A model generated the notes under the pieces. That model was given only the letters and a program-made list of their open reading frames with translations, made no database searches and was not told where the DNA came from. A program made the translations under genes and the position numbers. A DNA stretch of 64,000 nt from Gammaproteobacteria bacterium (GTDB lineage Bacteria > Pseudomonadota > Gammaproteobacteria > Steroidobacterales > Foliamicaceae). The stretch is taken from NCBI GenBank assembly GCA_965213995.1, contig OZ243929.1, positions 92,134 through 156,133 on the forward strand. The letters run 5' to 3'. The first letter of the stretch is position 1; the number at the start of each line of letters is the position of its first letter. This document shows positions 1 through 8,914 of the stretch, piece by piece.

Positions 1-135
1 GACGGAACGCCGCGCAAGCGGTTGGACCTCACACGGCTGGAACGGCTGGGCTGGCGGGCGCGCCGGACGCTTTCATCAGGGCTGGAAGACACCTATCGCT
101 GGTTTTTGGCCACCTGCGTCGAAACAGGGCGATAG
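1..135 (+). CDS. fcl: GDP-L-fucose synthase, 3' end only (gene starts left of window)
   Basis: Reads [24 protein letters not shown]...YRWFLATCVETGR*, near-identical to the last 44 codons of the complete gene at 17140..18099. Segment 1-235 duplicates 17957-18185. Confidence 0.6.
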   Translation, partial: DGTPRKRLDLTRLERLGWRARRTLSSGLEDTYRWFLATCVETGR

Positions 136-149
136 CCAGCGAATGTCCG

Positions 150-980
150 ATGATGACGGCGAGCCTGATCCGGTTCCTGAATGCGGCGACCCGCAAGGCT
201 GGCACGCGTCTCTCGCTGCTCGATGAGCTACTTCGGCAAGGGGGGGGCAGGAAGGGGAGGCTGGTCGCAGAGATTATGCGTCGTCCCTCGTTTGCCGAGG
301 ACTTCGTGCAACTTCTTTCTTTCGTCGATCCCCGGGAACCTGTTTTTCTCCTTGATGTCGGCGCTTATCACGGAGAGTTCACCGCCGAAGTCTTAAACTA
401 CTGGAAAGACGTTCGGGTCGTCGCGCTGGAGCCGGCCAAGGCGAGTTTCCGCAAGATTCAGCAACGATTCAAACATGACTCTCGAGTGCAATGCCTCAAC
501 TACGCAGCCAGCAACGATGACCGACAGAAGGAGTTGCTCATTGATGACAACCGGCCTTATTTGAATTCCTTTCATCGCTACCACGACGACTATGGGGTAG
601 CCTTTTCGGCCAGCCACACAGGAATCGAGAGCGTGGAGTGCCGGAAGCTCTCTTCGATCGTCACTCTGCCGTCGGATAGGACCGTAATCGTCAAGATCGA
701 TGTGCAGGGTCACGAAGCGTCGGTTGTCTCAAGTTCCCGCCGGTGGTTCCGAGAAGTTGATGCGGTGCTGTGCGAAGTTTCGTTCTGTCAGGAGTATAGG
801 GGTGTGGTTCCGAGCTTTGTTGATGTCGCGGCGGCACTGCGAGATCAGGAAATCTATCCCATCGGATTTCAAACCTGCGGAAGAAAGATATCAAACTATG
901 CCTTCGAGCGCGATGTGCTATTCGTCAAGAAATCCCGGCTGGATCGGATCTTATTCCATCGAACGCTTACCACCGGATAG
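150..980 (+). CDS. FkbM-family SAM-dependent methyltransferase
   Basis: 276-aa ORF. FLLDVGAYHGEF...VVALEP resembles the FkbM-type methyltransferase signature. A truncated paralogous 5' end lies at 18114..18183. Confidence 0.65.
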   Translation: MMTASLIRFLNAATRKAGTRLSLLDELLRQGGGRKGRLVAEIMRRPSFAEDFVQLLSFVDPREPVFLLDVGAYHGEFTAEVLNYWKDVRVVALEPAKASFRKIQQRFKHDSRVQCLNYAASNDDRQKELLIDDNRPYLNSFHRYHDDYGVAFSASHTGIESVECRKLSSIVTLPSDRTVIVKIDVQGHEASVVSSSRRWFREVDAVLCEVSFCQEYRGVVPSFVDVAAALRDQEIYPIGFQTCGRKISNYAFERDVLFVKKSRLDRILFHRTLTTG

Positions 981-1026
981 CATCGCTGCGAGCATTTGCT
1001 TCGCAACCCCCAAAAAGAGCGGGCCT

Positions 1027-2487
1027 TCAATGCTTTGCCTGCGTTGCGTCTCGAGCGTTGGCTGGTAACCGATCGGGTTGATGTTCCAGCATGGGCCTGA
1101 TCTTGCGCAGCACGGCGTCGGCAATCACGCGATAGCCTTCCGGCGAGTAGTGCGAGTAGGGATGGAAGAACATGTCCCCTGGTCGCCCCGTCTCCAAAAA
1201 AACGGCGTGGCCATCGACGACGGGCACGCCCAAGCGTTCGAACAGGTCGAGTGCCTCGTCGTACACGTCACGCATTCTTGGCATGTAATGCCGATGCTCG
1301 TTGCATTCGTTGCGCCAGGATTCAACGCTGCCGCAATAGCGCTCGGCGGCCGGCTGGTAAACCACCACTAGCTGACCGCCCCAGTTGTGGACCAGATTCC
1401 GTGCGGCGCTCAGCGTAGCCTCGGTCAGGGGGAATCCAGAGGGGGGGGAGGGATCCAAATTCCTGATGCCCAAGCGGGAGCGAATGGCGTGCAGCATAAG
1501 CAACTCGCCCAGTGCCTGAGCTGGGCCCATAAGCTCCTTACGGGCGCTTAGGTTTTTTAGAGCGGAATCGACTTCTTCCTGTAGCGCCTTGAGTCCAAAG
1601 GGGGCCTGTGCGGCCAAGTATCGTTGAAGCTCGGGGACTCGGGCCTCTGACACTGTGTCGCTCAAGTCGTTGCCCTCGAACCAGCCCCACACGACAATCC
1701 GAGGCTCCGCCATTGATGCGTACTCTATCAGCGCCGCCAAGCTGGTTAAGGAGCCTGCCCCTGAAATTCCCAAGTTGAGGGTCCGGGGGATTGATGTCCG
1801 TAAGCGGCCAGCCGTCGAGTCGGCGCGCCGCACACAGCCGCTATTCGTGAACGAGTCGCCAACCAACACCACATCCAAGGGGCCGGAGTCGTGCAGGCCG
1901 ATGGGATTGTTGAACCCGTACTCGTCGCTGAAATAGGGTTCGAACCGGCCCGATTCATTGCAGGATAAGGTTATTACTTCGGATATTCCGGCTAATGTGA
2001 TCAGCTGCGGCGAATCGGGTTGGGAGACATAGGCTCGGTTGTTCGGCGGACCCATAAAGGGAAATACGTCGGCAACTTCGTTGCGGCGCAGGTCGCGAAT
2101 GAAGTGCCAAATGTCGAGCTGACCGACCGGGCGGCCCGCCTGCTGGGCGAATTTGACTGCAACTGTTTCACTAATGAAGTGCTGCGCGGATCGACCTGCC
2201 AGAGACAACACCACCTCCGCAAACAGGACGACCGCCCCGCTGGAGGCGACCAGCAGGGCGACTTTGGACCGTGTCGGAGAAGGGAGGCGCAGTGACAACG
2301 CAAGCAGGATGGCCAACACAGTGCAGATGATGGCAGCAATGTCTTTGAATGACCCGGCGGCGGGCGGAAAAACCGCTACCCTACTTAAGCTAGTGTAAAT
2401 GTAAAGCGCGATAAGGGAGAAATAGGATGCTGCGAGCGCTAGGGTCACCTTGGGTAGCCAGCGCAGAAGATTTGCTACCTTCATCAT
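1027..2487 (-). CDS. Membrane-anchored SGNH/GDSL-like hydrolase-family protein (paralogue A)
   Basis: 486-aa ORF with N-terminal TM segments (LRWLPKVTLALAASYF, AAIICTVLAILLALSL), a GDS block (VVLVGDSFTNSG) and a C-terminal HYSPEGY block. Paralogue at 20664..22136; N-terminal scraps at 10340-10618, ~26260-26310 and ~30046-30097. Confidence 0.6.
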   Translation of the reverse strand: MMKVANLLRWLPKVTLALAASYFSLIALYIYTSLSRVAVFPPAAGSFKDIAAIICTVLAILLALSLRLPSPTRSKVALLVASSGAVVLFAEVVLSLAGRSAQHFISETVAVKFAQQAGRPVGQLDIWHFIRDLRRNEVADVFPFMGPPNNRAYVSQPDSPQLITLAGISEVITLSCNESGRFEPYFSDEYGFNNPIGLHDSGPLDVVLVGDSFTNSGCVRRADSTAGRLRTSIPRTLNLGISGAGSLTSLAALIEYASMAEPRIVVWGWFEGNDLSDTVSEARVPELQRYLAAQAPFGLKALQEEVDSALKNLSARKELMGPAQALGELLMLHAIRSRLGIRNLDPSPPSGFPLTEATLSAARNLVHNWGGQLVVVYQPAAERYCGSVESWRNECNEHRHYMPRMRDVYDEALDLFERLGVPVVDGHAVFLETGRPGDMFFHPYSHYSPEGYRVIADAVLRKIRPMLEHQPDRLPANARDATQAKH

Positions 2488-2532
2488 CGGGGGAGCTCCA
2501 TGGAATGGTAAGGGCGATTATAGTCACGGCGT

Positions 2533-2961
2533 ATGAGAGTCCAAAAACGCAAGTCTGGCCCGCTTAGTTCGAGCAGCGCCAACCGCTCCTTCGGATTGTT
2601 GCTTGCCGGCGTCCTCGCTGTGGCGGGCTTTTGGTCATGGATCGCCGCACGCTCCCTTTCGCCAGCGCCCAACGGCTGGGCGTTGGCGGGTGCCGCATCG
2701 GTGCTGGCGGCGGCGCTCCTAAGGCCGGGGCTGCTTGCTCCCGCCACGCGGGCTTGGCTTTTCCTCGGCCGTCTGATGCATCGGGTGGCCAGTCCGGTGG
2801 CCATGGGCATCGTCTTCTTCGGGGGGGTCACGCCGCTTGCGCTCGCGATGCGCCTGACTGGGAAAGACTCGATGCGGCGTCGATTTGAGCCGGCAACGCC
2901 CAGCTATTGGATCCGGCGTGCTCCCGCCCCCGATCCGGACACGATGAGAAACCAATTCTAG
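2533..2961 (+). CDS. SxtJ-like small membrane protein (paralogue A)
   Basis: 142-aa ORF with two hydrophobic helices (FGLLLAGVLAVAGFW; VAMGIVFFGGVTPLALAM). It lies next to a DUF5989-like mini-ORF and a carbamoyltransferase, as in sxtI-J-K-type neighbourhoods (family recalled from memory). Paralogue at 22310..22729. Confidence 0.5.
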   Translation: MRVQKRKSGPLSSSSANRSFGLLLAGVLAVAGFWSWIAARSLSPAPNGWALAGAASVLAAALLRPGLLAPATRAWLFLGRLMHRVASPVAMGIVFFGGVTPLALAMRLTGKDSMRRRFEPATPSYWIRRAPAPDPDTMRNQF

Positions 2962-2988
2962 CGCGCAGTATTGCGGTTCTCCAAGGCC

Positions 2989-4165
2989 TGTGCGGGTTCA
3001 CCACATATGGGACTTTTCGGGTTTGGCTGTCCTTTGTTTGCGAAGGTATTCCATCGGGGCGGGCAAGTCCAGCGCATAGTGCGGTCGGACATGGTTGTAG
3101 AAGCGCTGGTATTCGGCCAAGGCGGGACCGGCGTCCCTGACGGTCATTTCTCCTTGGTAGAGGCTCCAGAACTCGGTTCTGGAGCTGTCGTTGGCGCGCT
3201 CGACGACGCCGTTGAGCTGCGGGCATTTGGGCGGCAGGACGGCCAAGGGAGGCCGAGCGTTTCGCAGGCGTCCTCGAACCCGGCGCGGAACTCGCCGCCG
3301 CCGTCGACCTGGATCGAGCGCGGCGGATAGGGCAGGTCCTTGAGCACCGCTTCGAGGAAGCGTCGGCGTTGTTGGCGGTGGCCCTTGAATATGCCCGCGC
3401 CACCATCTGCTTGCCGAGCGGGCAGGTCGCCCTGAACTCCTTGAGGGTGCCGCCGTCGCGCGACACGCCCGTGTGGTCGATCTGGAGCCATTCCCCGGGC
3501 CGCCGGGCCTTCATGTGCCGGCGCCAGGGCACGGCGTGGCCCTTGGCGAAGCCGCGCCTGCGCTTGGCCTTGGCCCGCCCGCGCAGGAAGGCGCAGGGCC
3601 TGATCCGGCCGAGCCGCAAGCCCTTGGCGAGGATGCGCCCGACAGCGCCGTCCCTTCGCGGGCCAGCATCACCCGCAGTCGGCGCTTGCCCAGCGGCGGC
3701 ATGACCGTCGCAGATACCGGCGGCGCATCCTCCACACGGCCCGTTCCTGGGCCCGCGTCCAGCGCGAGGGGCTCGTGCGCCGGGGCTGGCGGCTTTTGGC
3801 CGCCAGGCCTTTCACGCCGAGGGCCCGGTGGCGCGCCCGCCAGCGGTAGCAGGTCGAGCGCGACCAGCCGATGGCGCGCAGTTCCAGATAGGTCTTGATC
3901 CTGCGCAGGCGCTCGAAGGCGTCGGCGGGCGTGGTATCGTCAACGCGTAGGCGCTTGATCCCAAGGGACTTGATCCGCATCGTTCGGCTCCTTTTGTTCT
4001 TTGAGAAAACACGAGGCTAGCCGAACCCGCGCCCCGGCGCTCGCCGGGGAGCGCCTCTTCCCCTCCGGTCGCTACGCTCCCTTCGGGGAAGAGGCGCTCC
4101 GCCCTCGCCCTGTCAGGGCGGAAACAACCTCTCCGTCACGTCCCACATGTGTCTGAACCCGCACA
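2989..4165 (-). mobile_element. IS481-family insertion sequence, degraded
   Basis: Terminal inverted repeats: TGTGCGGGTTCACCACATATGGGAC (2989-3013) and the reverse complement of TGTGCGGGTTCAGACACATGTGGGAC (4140-4165). They bracket a DDE transposase. The element sits in the spacer that is uninterrupted in the paralogous module (22730-22927). Confidence 0.75.
2998..3980 (-). pseudogene. IS481-type DDE transposase, multiple frameshifts
   Basis: The protein can only be read by joining several frames of the ORF track (3669..3980, 2828..3619, 3144..3491, 2998..3246). HTH-like N-terminus; C-terminal PQLNGVVERANDSSRTEFW is an rve-type integrase core. Confidence 0.7.
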
Positions 4166-4334
4166 CCCGGCTCCAGAGGCCTGCGCTGTTCGGGCGGAAG
4201 GCAGCTCAAGCTGCGGATGAAGGCAATGCGAAAACCGTTACCGGGGCGCTGAGCCAACGCCCTGCCTCCCGCTCTGGCTTAATCGCTGCAATCGTGGATA
4301 ATGCGGCTGGCGGAACGATGCTCTTGGAAATTTA

Positions 4335-4481
4335 ATGTTGCTGCGGGAACTCTGGCGTTACATGCGCGTGCGCAAGAAGTGGTGGCTGCTGCCGATCCTG
4401 CTTGCGCTGCTGCTGCTCGGCGGGCTGATCGTGCTGACCGAGGGAAGCGTTGTCGCGCCGTTCATCTACACCGTCTTCTAG
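4335..4481 (+). CDS. DUF5989/SxtK-like 48-aa membrane peptide (paralogue A)
   Basis: ATG at 4335. Reads MLLRELWRYMRVRKKWWLLPILLALLLLGGLIVLTEGSVVAPFIYTVF*. It ends 9 nt before the carbamoyltransferase start and is conserved at 22928..23074. It is below the ORF-track length cutoff as a stand-alone ORF. Confidence 0.6.
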   Translation: MLLRELWRYMRVRKKWWLLPILLALLLLGGLIVLTEGSVVAPFIYTVF

Positions 4482-4489
4482 CATCCCGT

Positions 4490-6325
4490 ATGCGTGTGCT
4501 CGGCATTTCGGCGTTTTACCATGACAGCGCCGCTGCCCTAGTCGTGGATGGCGAGGTGGTCGCCGCCGCCCAGGAGGAACGGTTCACCCGCCTGAAGCAC
4601 GACCGGTCATTTCCGCGCGGCGCCATTGCCTGCTGCTTAGGCATGGCGGGCCTGTCCTTGGACCAAATCGATCTCGTCGCCTTCTACGACAAGCCGTTCC
4701 TCACGTTCGAGCGCCTGCTTGAGACCTACCTGTCCTTCGCGCCCAGGGGGTTTCGGTCATTTTCGGCAGCCATGCCGACCTGGATGAAGGAGAAGCTGTT
4801 CCAAAAGCGCCTGCTGGGGCAGGCGTTGCGCGGCTTCGACTCCGATTTCGATAGCGAAGCGAAACTGGTGTTCGCCGAGCACCACCAGTCGCACGCGGCC
4901 AGCGCTTTTTTCCCGTCGCCGTTCGATTCGGCCGCCGTGCTCACCATCGACGGCGTCGGGGAATGGGCAACGACGACGCTCAGCTTGGGCGAAGGCAACC
5001 GAATTGAGGTGGTGCGCGAGCTGCACTTTCCGCATTCCCTTGGCCTGCTCTACAGCGCCTTCACGCAATATCTCGGCTTCCGGGTCAATTCCGGCGAGTA
5101 CAAGGTCATGGGGTTGGCGCCCTACGGCGAACCGCGGCACGCCCGCGCGATCCTCGACCGCCTGATTGATGTCAAGGAGGACGGCACCTTCCGCTTGGAT
5201 ATGAACTACTTCGGATACTGCACCGGGCTGCGGATGACCAACCGCCGCTTCGAGGCCCTGTTCGGCCAGCCCGCCCGCAGGCCCGGGGACCGGCTTGAGC
5301 CGTTCCATATGGATGTCGCCGCCTCGGTGCAGGCGGTCACCGAGGAGGTGGTTGAACGCCTGGGACGGTCGATTGCGAACGAGACGGGAGCCCGCAACCT
5401 GTGCCTTGCCGGCGGGGTTGCCCTCAACTGCGTCGCCAACGGCAGGCTGCTGCGCAGCCGCGCCTTCGAGAATGTCTGGATTCAACCGGCTGCGGGGGAT
5501 GCCGGAGGCAGCCTAGGCGCCGCCTTGGCGGCCTATCACCACCACTTGGGCCACCCCCGGCACCGGACGACAGGCGGCGACGGGATGCGGGGCGCCTATC
5601 TCGGCCCGGCATTCGACGACGAGACGGTCGCGGCGCGATTGACGCGGGCGGGGGCGCGCTTCCGCCGCCTAGAGGACGCGGAGCTATTGGAAAGCGCCGT
5701 CAACGCGCTGGCCAGCGGCTGGGCGCTGGGCTGGTTCCAAGGCCGGATGGAGTTCGGCCCCCGGGCGTTGGGAAACCGCTCGATCCTCGGCGACCCGCGC
5801 TCGCCGGCCATGCAGCGCTCCCTGAACCTGCGCGTCAAGTTTCGGGAAAGCTTCCGTCCCTTCGCGCCCTCGGTGCTGCGCGAGGACGTTGCGGACTGGT
5901 TCGAACTGGATATCGACAGCCCTTACATGCTGGTCGTGGCCGATGTCCGGCAGGAGCGCCGCCGACCCCTTTCCCAAGCGGACGAAGCGCTGGAGGGGGT
6001 GGGCCGAGTCAACGCCGTGCGCTCCGAGATTCCCGCCGTGACCCATGTGGACCATTCGGCGCGGATTCAGACGGTGGGACGGGACACCAACCCCAAGTAC
6101 CACGCGCTGCTATCCGCGTTCAAGCAGCGCACGGGCTGCCCGGTGCTGGTCAACACCTCGTTCAACGTGCGCGGCGAACCGATCGTGTGTGCGCCGGAGG
6201 ACGCGTTCCGCTGCTTCATGGGCACCGATATCGAGGCGCTGGCCGTGGGCAACTGCTTCCTGCTGAAGAACGAACAGGACGATGCGCTCCGGTGGGACTA
6301 CCGCCGCGAGTTCGCCCCGGACTGA
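4490..6325 (+). CDS. Carbamoyltransferase (NodU/CmcH/SxtI family), paralogue A
   Basis: Starts MRVLGISAFYHDSAAALVVDGEVVAAAQEERFTRLKHD (canonical family N-terminus) and runs ~611 aa. The start is an internal ATG of track ORF 4301..6325. Near-identical copy at 23083..24918. Confidence 0.9.
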   Translation: MRVLGISAFYHDSAAALVVDGEVVAAAQEERFTRLKHDRSFPRGAIACCLGMAGLSLDQIDLVAFYDKPFLTFERLLETYLSFAPRGFRSFSAAMPTWMKEKLFQKRLLGQALRGFDSDFDSEAKLVFAEHHQSHAASAFFPSPFDSAAVLTIDGVGEWATTTLSLGEGNRIEVVRELHFPHSLGLLYSAFTQYLGFRVNSGEYKVMGLAPYGEPRHARAILDRLIDVKEDGTFRLDMNYFGYCTGLRMTNRRFEALFGQPARRPGDRLEPFHMDVAASVQAVTEEVVERLGRSIANETGARNLCLAGGVALNCVANGRLLRSRAFENVWIQPAAGDAGGSLGAALAAYHHHLGHPRHRTTGGDGMRGAYLGPAFDDETVAARLTRAGARFRRLEDAELLESAVNALASGWALGWFQGRMEFGPRALGNRSILGDPRSPAMQRSLNLRVKFRESFRPFAPSVLREDVADWFELDIDSPYMLVVADVRQERRRPLSQADEALEGVGRVNAVRSEIPAVTHVDHSARIQTVGRDTNPKYHALLSAFKQRTGCPVLVNTSFNVRGEPIVCAPEDAFRCFMGTDIEALAVGNCFLLKNEQDDALRWDYRREFAPD

Positions 6326-6402
6326 GCGTCGGCTGGGCGGGTGACCGCATACAGCCTTGATCTCACTGGGACAGCAATGAAATGACCTGACTTCGTGGCA
6401 CA

Positions 6403-7764
6403 ATGCCGATGATGGCGCTGCTTGATGAAAACTACCGGGATGATGGTCGCCTGCGCGAACAGGATCGGGTTTTGGTGGCGGACTTCCTAGCGTATGAGGA
6501 CCGCGCCCAGATCACCGGGCGCGGGGTGCCGTTCTTCTCCGGGCGCGAGCCCGAGCTTGGTATCTTCCGCCAAGTTGTCAACGCTCTGTCGTGCGACCGG
6601 CGCGGCAATGCCTCGATCGTGGTGGAGGGGCCGCCCGGAGTGGGCAAGAGCGCTCTGATGTGCCAGTTCATGGAGGAAATGCGGGCCCTGCCGCCGACTG
6701 AGCGGCGGCGGTGGCTGCCTGTCCCGCTGTCCGCGGGCAGCGCGGAATCGCCGCCGGACATCGCCGACGCCATCGACGCGGCCATTGTTTTCCGGCTGGC
6801 AGCGGACCTGCTGGCATCGAAATCCGCCGAAGCCACCCTCTTGGAAAAGCTCGGCGACTATTGGGGCAAACTCGAACCTGCGAAGGCCAGGGCAAGGGCT
6901 AGGGAATTCTTGGACCGAGGCGGAAGCGTACTGGGTTTCTCTCTCGGCGCCTCGCGCGAGGGACCGCCGAGGTCCATCGCGCAGGCCGCCGCGCGGCGGC
7001 CCGCTTGGCAATCCTGGCAGATCGTGCTCCTGATCGACGAGGCGCAGGGCATCCGCCCCGGCGAGCCCCACGCGGGCGGCGGGACCTTAAGCGCCCTGCA
7101 CCAGGGCATCGTCAGGGCGCCGGTCTCGTTCTGCGCCTTCGGCCTGCCGGGAACGTTGCTGGCGCTGGGCGATGTCAGTGTTTCGCGTCTGTCCGGCGGA
7201 CGCGCCATCCACCTTAGGGGGCTCGACGACAGGGCCGCCGGACAGACGGTCGAGCGGTGCTTCAAGGCATTCGGCGTGCGCAATGGCGAGGCGTGGCGCG
7301 AGGCGATCCTGGCCCGCGCCGCCAACTGGCCGCAGCATCTGGCTGTGCACCTCAACGCCGCCATCCGCCAGCTTCGCGAGGCAAGCCCCGAGCGCATGGA
7401 TGCGGCAAGCGCCGACTTCGATGCGGCGATGCGCGAGGGCGACCAGGCGCGCGCAAGGTACTACGAGCAGCGCTTGGCGCGCCTGCGTCGCCGCCATGGC
7501 GGATTCGAGAAGCTGGCTAGGGAGCTTGTCCCGGCCTTGCTGGAACGCGGCGGACGGTTGCTCTACAGCGAGCTTTTCGATCTTGTGGAGAAACTCGGCC
7601 GACGAATTTTCGCGTCGCCCGGCACCAACGCCACGCAGTTCATCCGGGATGCCGAGCACAGCGGCTTCCTCGCGCCCGCGGACGACGAACACGCCTATTC
7701 CATGCCCATCCCCTCGTTCGCCCGACATCTGCTTGGCGACGACGGAGCCCGTACACCTCATTGA
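6403..7764 (+). CDS. P-loop NTPase (AAA_16/Orc1-like ATPase family), paralogue 1
   Basis: 453-aa ORF with Walker A GPPGVGKSALM and Walker B LLIDEAQG. Paralogue at 31546..32880. A 3' fragment lies at 20427..20651 and an internally deleted copy at 27032..27249. Confidence 0.7.
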   Translation: MPMMALLDENYRDDGRLREQDRVLVADFLAYEDRAQITGRGVPFFSGREPELGIFRQVVNALSCDRRGNASIVVEGPPGVGKSALMCQFMEEMRALPPTERRRWLPVPLSAGSAESPPDIADAIDAAIVFRLAADLLASKSAEATLLEKLGDYWGKLEPAKARARAREFLDRGGSVLGFSLGASREGPPRSIAQAAARRPAWQSWQIVLLIDEAQGIRPGEPHAGGGTLSALHQGIVRAPVSFCAFGLPGTLLALGDVSVSRLSGGRAIHLRGLDDRAAGQTVERCFKAFGVRNGEAWREAILARAANWPQHLAVHLNAAIRQLREASPERMDAASADFDAAMREGDQARARYYEQRLARLRRRHGGFEKLARELVPALLERGGRLLYSELFDLVEKLGRRIFASPGTNATQFIRDAEHSGFLAPADDEHAYSMPIPSFARHLLGDDGARTPH

Positions 7765-7790
7765 TAAAAGATGAAATATCAGACGTGCCA

Positions 7791-7817
7791 GTAGTGGGAA
7801 CAGTGGGGTTCCACTAC
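7791..7817 (+). terminator. Possible stem-loop terminator after the ATPase gene
   Basis: GTAGTGGGAAC / GTTCCACTAC imperfect inverted repeat ~27 nt after the stop at 7764, followed by a short T-containing stretch. It also marks the GC drop into the low-GC sugar cassette. Confidence 0.3.
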
Positions 7818-7879
7818 CCTTTAGGCGGCGAAGGTGACATTCTTGCTACGCTTGGACTTACCCCGATTCGGTGGGCAGT

Positions 7880-8914
7880 TTAGGGCTTTCTCCACTGGCG
7901 CTGAACATCGGCGCTGGTGCTGTCAACGTTCCTAGGCCATAAATGGTGGTTGGCGATATACCAATCTTTTGTTTGTTGCAACCCTTCTGGCAAGGATATG
8001 CGTGGGCGATAGCCGAGTGCGGCCACTTTGGCAATGGATGGGCATCGCTTATCCGTCTCACCGAGAGGGGCTTGCGATGGAACAAGTTCGGCCTGCCGAC
8101 CAAACAAAGCCATAACCTGCATCGCCAAATCCTTAATCGTCACCATATCCGTGGTGCCTACATGATAGATGCCACAGTGTTCTTCCTGTGTGAATGCCAA
8201 ATAGCTGCCGTCTGTGAAATCATCGATGTGAACGAAAGAACGGGTTTGGTTGCCATCGCCGCGGATGGGAAAACGGACATCTCCGCCAGTCGGTGTTTTT
8301 TCGACCATCGATGCTGCCCGCATCAGCAATTGCGGAATAACATGCTCAAAGCCCATATCTGCCCCATAAACATTATGCGGCCGCACAATCACAACCTGAC
8401 TGAAAACATCACGGCTATAATTCACCGCTAAAAGTTCGGTAGCAATTTTGCCACCACCATAGCTATAACGCGGATTCATCACGTCAGGCACAACCAACAT
8501 CGCGTGTTCATCTGTCGGCACGGTAGCAGGGCGCTGATAGACTTCTGACGAACTCATCGTCCAATAACGGCTAATTCCACGCGCAATGGCGACATCAAGG
8601 GTGTTCAAAGCCCCCTTGATACCGACTTCCAAAACCAAACGGGGCTTCTGGTAAAAGAATTCCGTGCCATTGACATAAGCCAAATGCGCTATCACATCGA
8701 TAGCCTCGGCGGCTCGATAGACCGCATCATAATCTCGAACATCACCATCAATCAATTCAATATCGGCAAGAACATCAGCCAAACGGCGCTTATGGCCGCG
8801 TGAATGGTCATCCAGCACCCTGACAGCCCACCCTTCTCGCAGCAATTTTTTGACCAGAGCACTGCCTAAAAAGCCGCTGCCGCCCGTCACCAGAATACGT
8901 CCCTTTGCCATCAA
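7880..8914 (-). CDS. NAD-dependent nucleotide-sugar epimerase/dehydratase (SDR)
   Basis: 344-aa ORF with an ILVTGGSGFLGSAL Rossmann motif and YSYGGGK (YxxxK). Visibly lower GC than its surroundings. It overlaps the upstream dehydrogenase by 4 nt. Confidence 0.8.
   Translation of the reverse strand: MMAKGRILVTGGSGFLGSALVKKLLREGWAVRVLDDHSRGHKRRLADVLADIELIDGDVRDYDAVYRAAEAIDVIAHLAYVNGTEFFYQKPRLVLEVGIKGALNTLDVAIARGISRYWTMSSSEVYQRPATVPTDEHAMLVVPDVMNPRYSYGGGKIATELLAVNYSRDVFSQVVIVRPHNVYGADMGFEHVIPQLLMRAASMVEKTPTGGDVRFPIRGDGNQTRSFVHIDDFTDGSYLAFTQEEHCGIYHVGTTDMVTIKDLAMQVMALFGRQAELVPSQAPLGETDKRCPSIAKVAALGYRPRISLPEGLQQTKDWYIANHHLWPRNVDSTSADVQRQWRKP

Noticed and set aside
4048-4100. Perfect 16-bp-stem hairpin inside the IS481 element (GGAGCGCCTCTTCCCC..GGGGAAGAGGCGCTCC), and an 18-bp-stem hairpin at 58535-58595 inside the IS30 remnant
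   Set aside because: The two hairpins are unrelated in sequence and sit within IS untranslated or degenerate regions. They are most simply IS-internal structures or small MITE-like insertions, and I had no basis for a stronger claim.
5401-6360. A 319-aa ORF (and its twin 23994..25022, 342 aa) in an alternative frame of the carbamoyltransferase genes
   Set aside because: It has an Arg/Gly/Pro/Ala-rich low-complexity translation typical of off-frame reading in high-GC DNA. It lies fully inside a gene with unmistakable family motifs.
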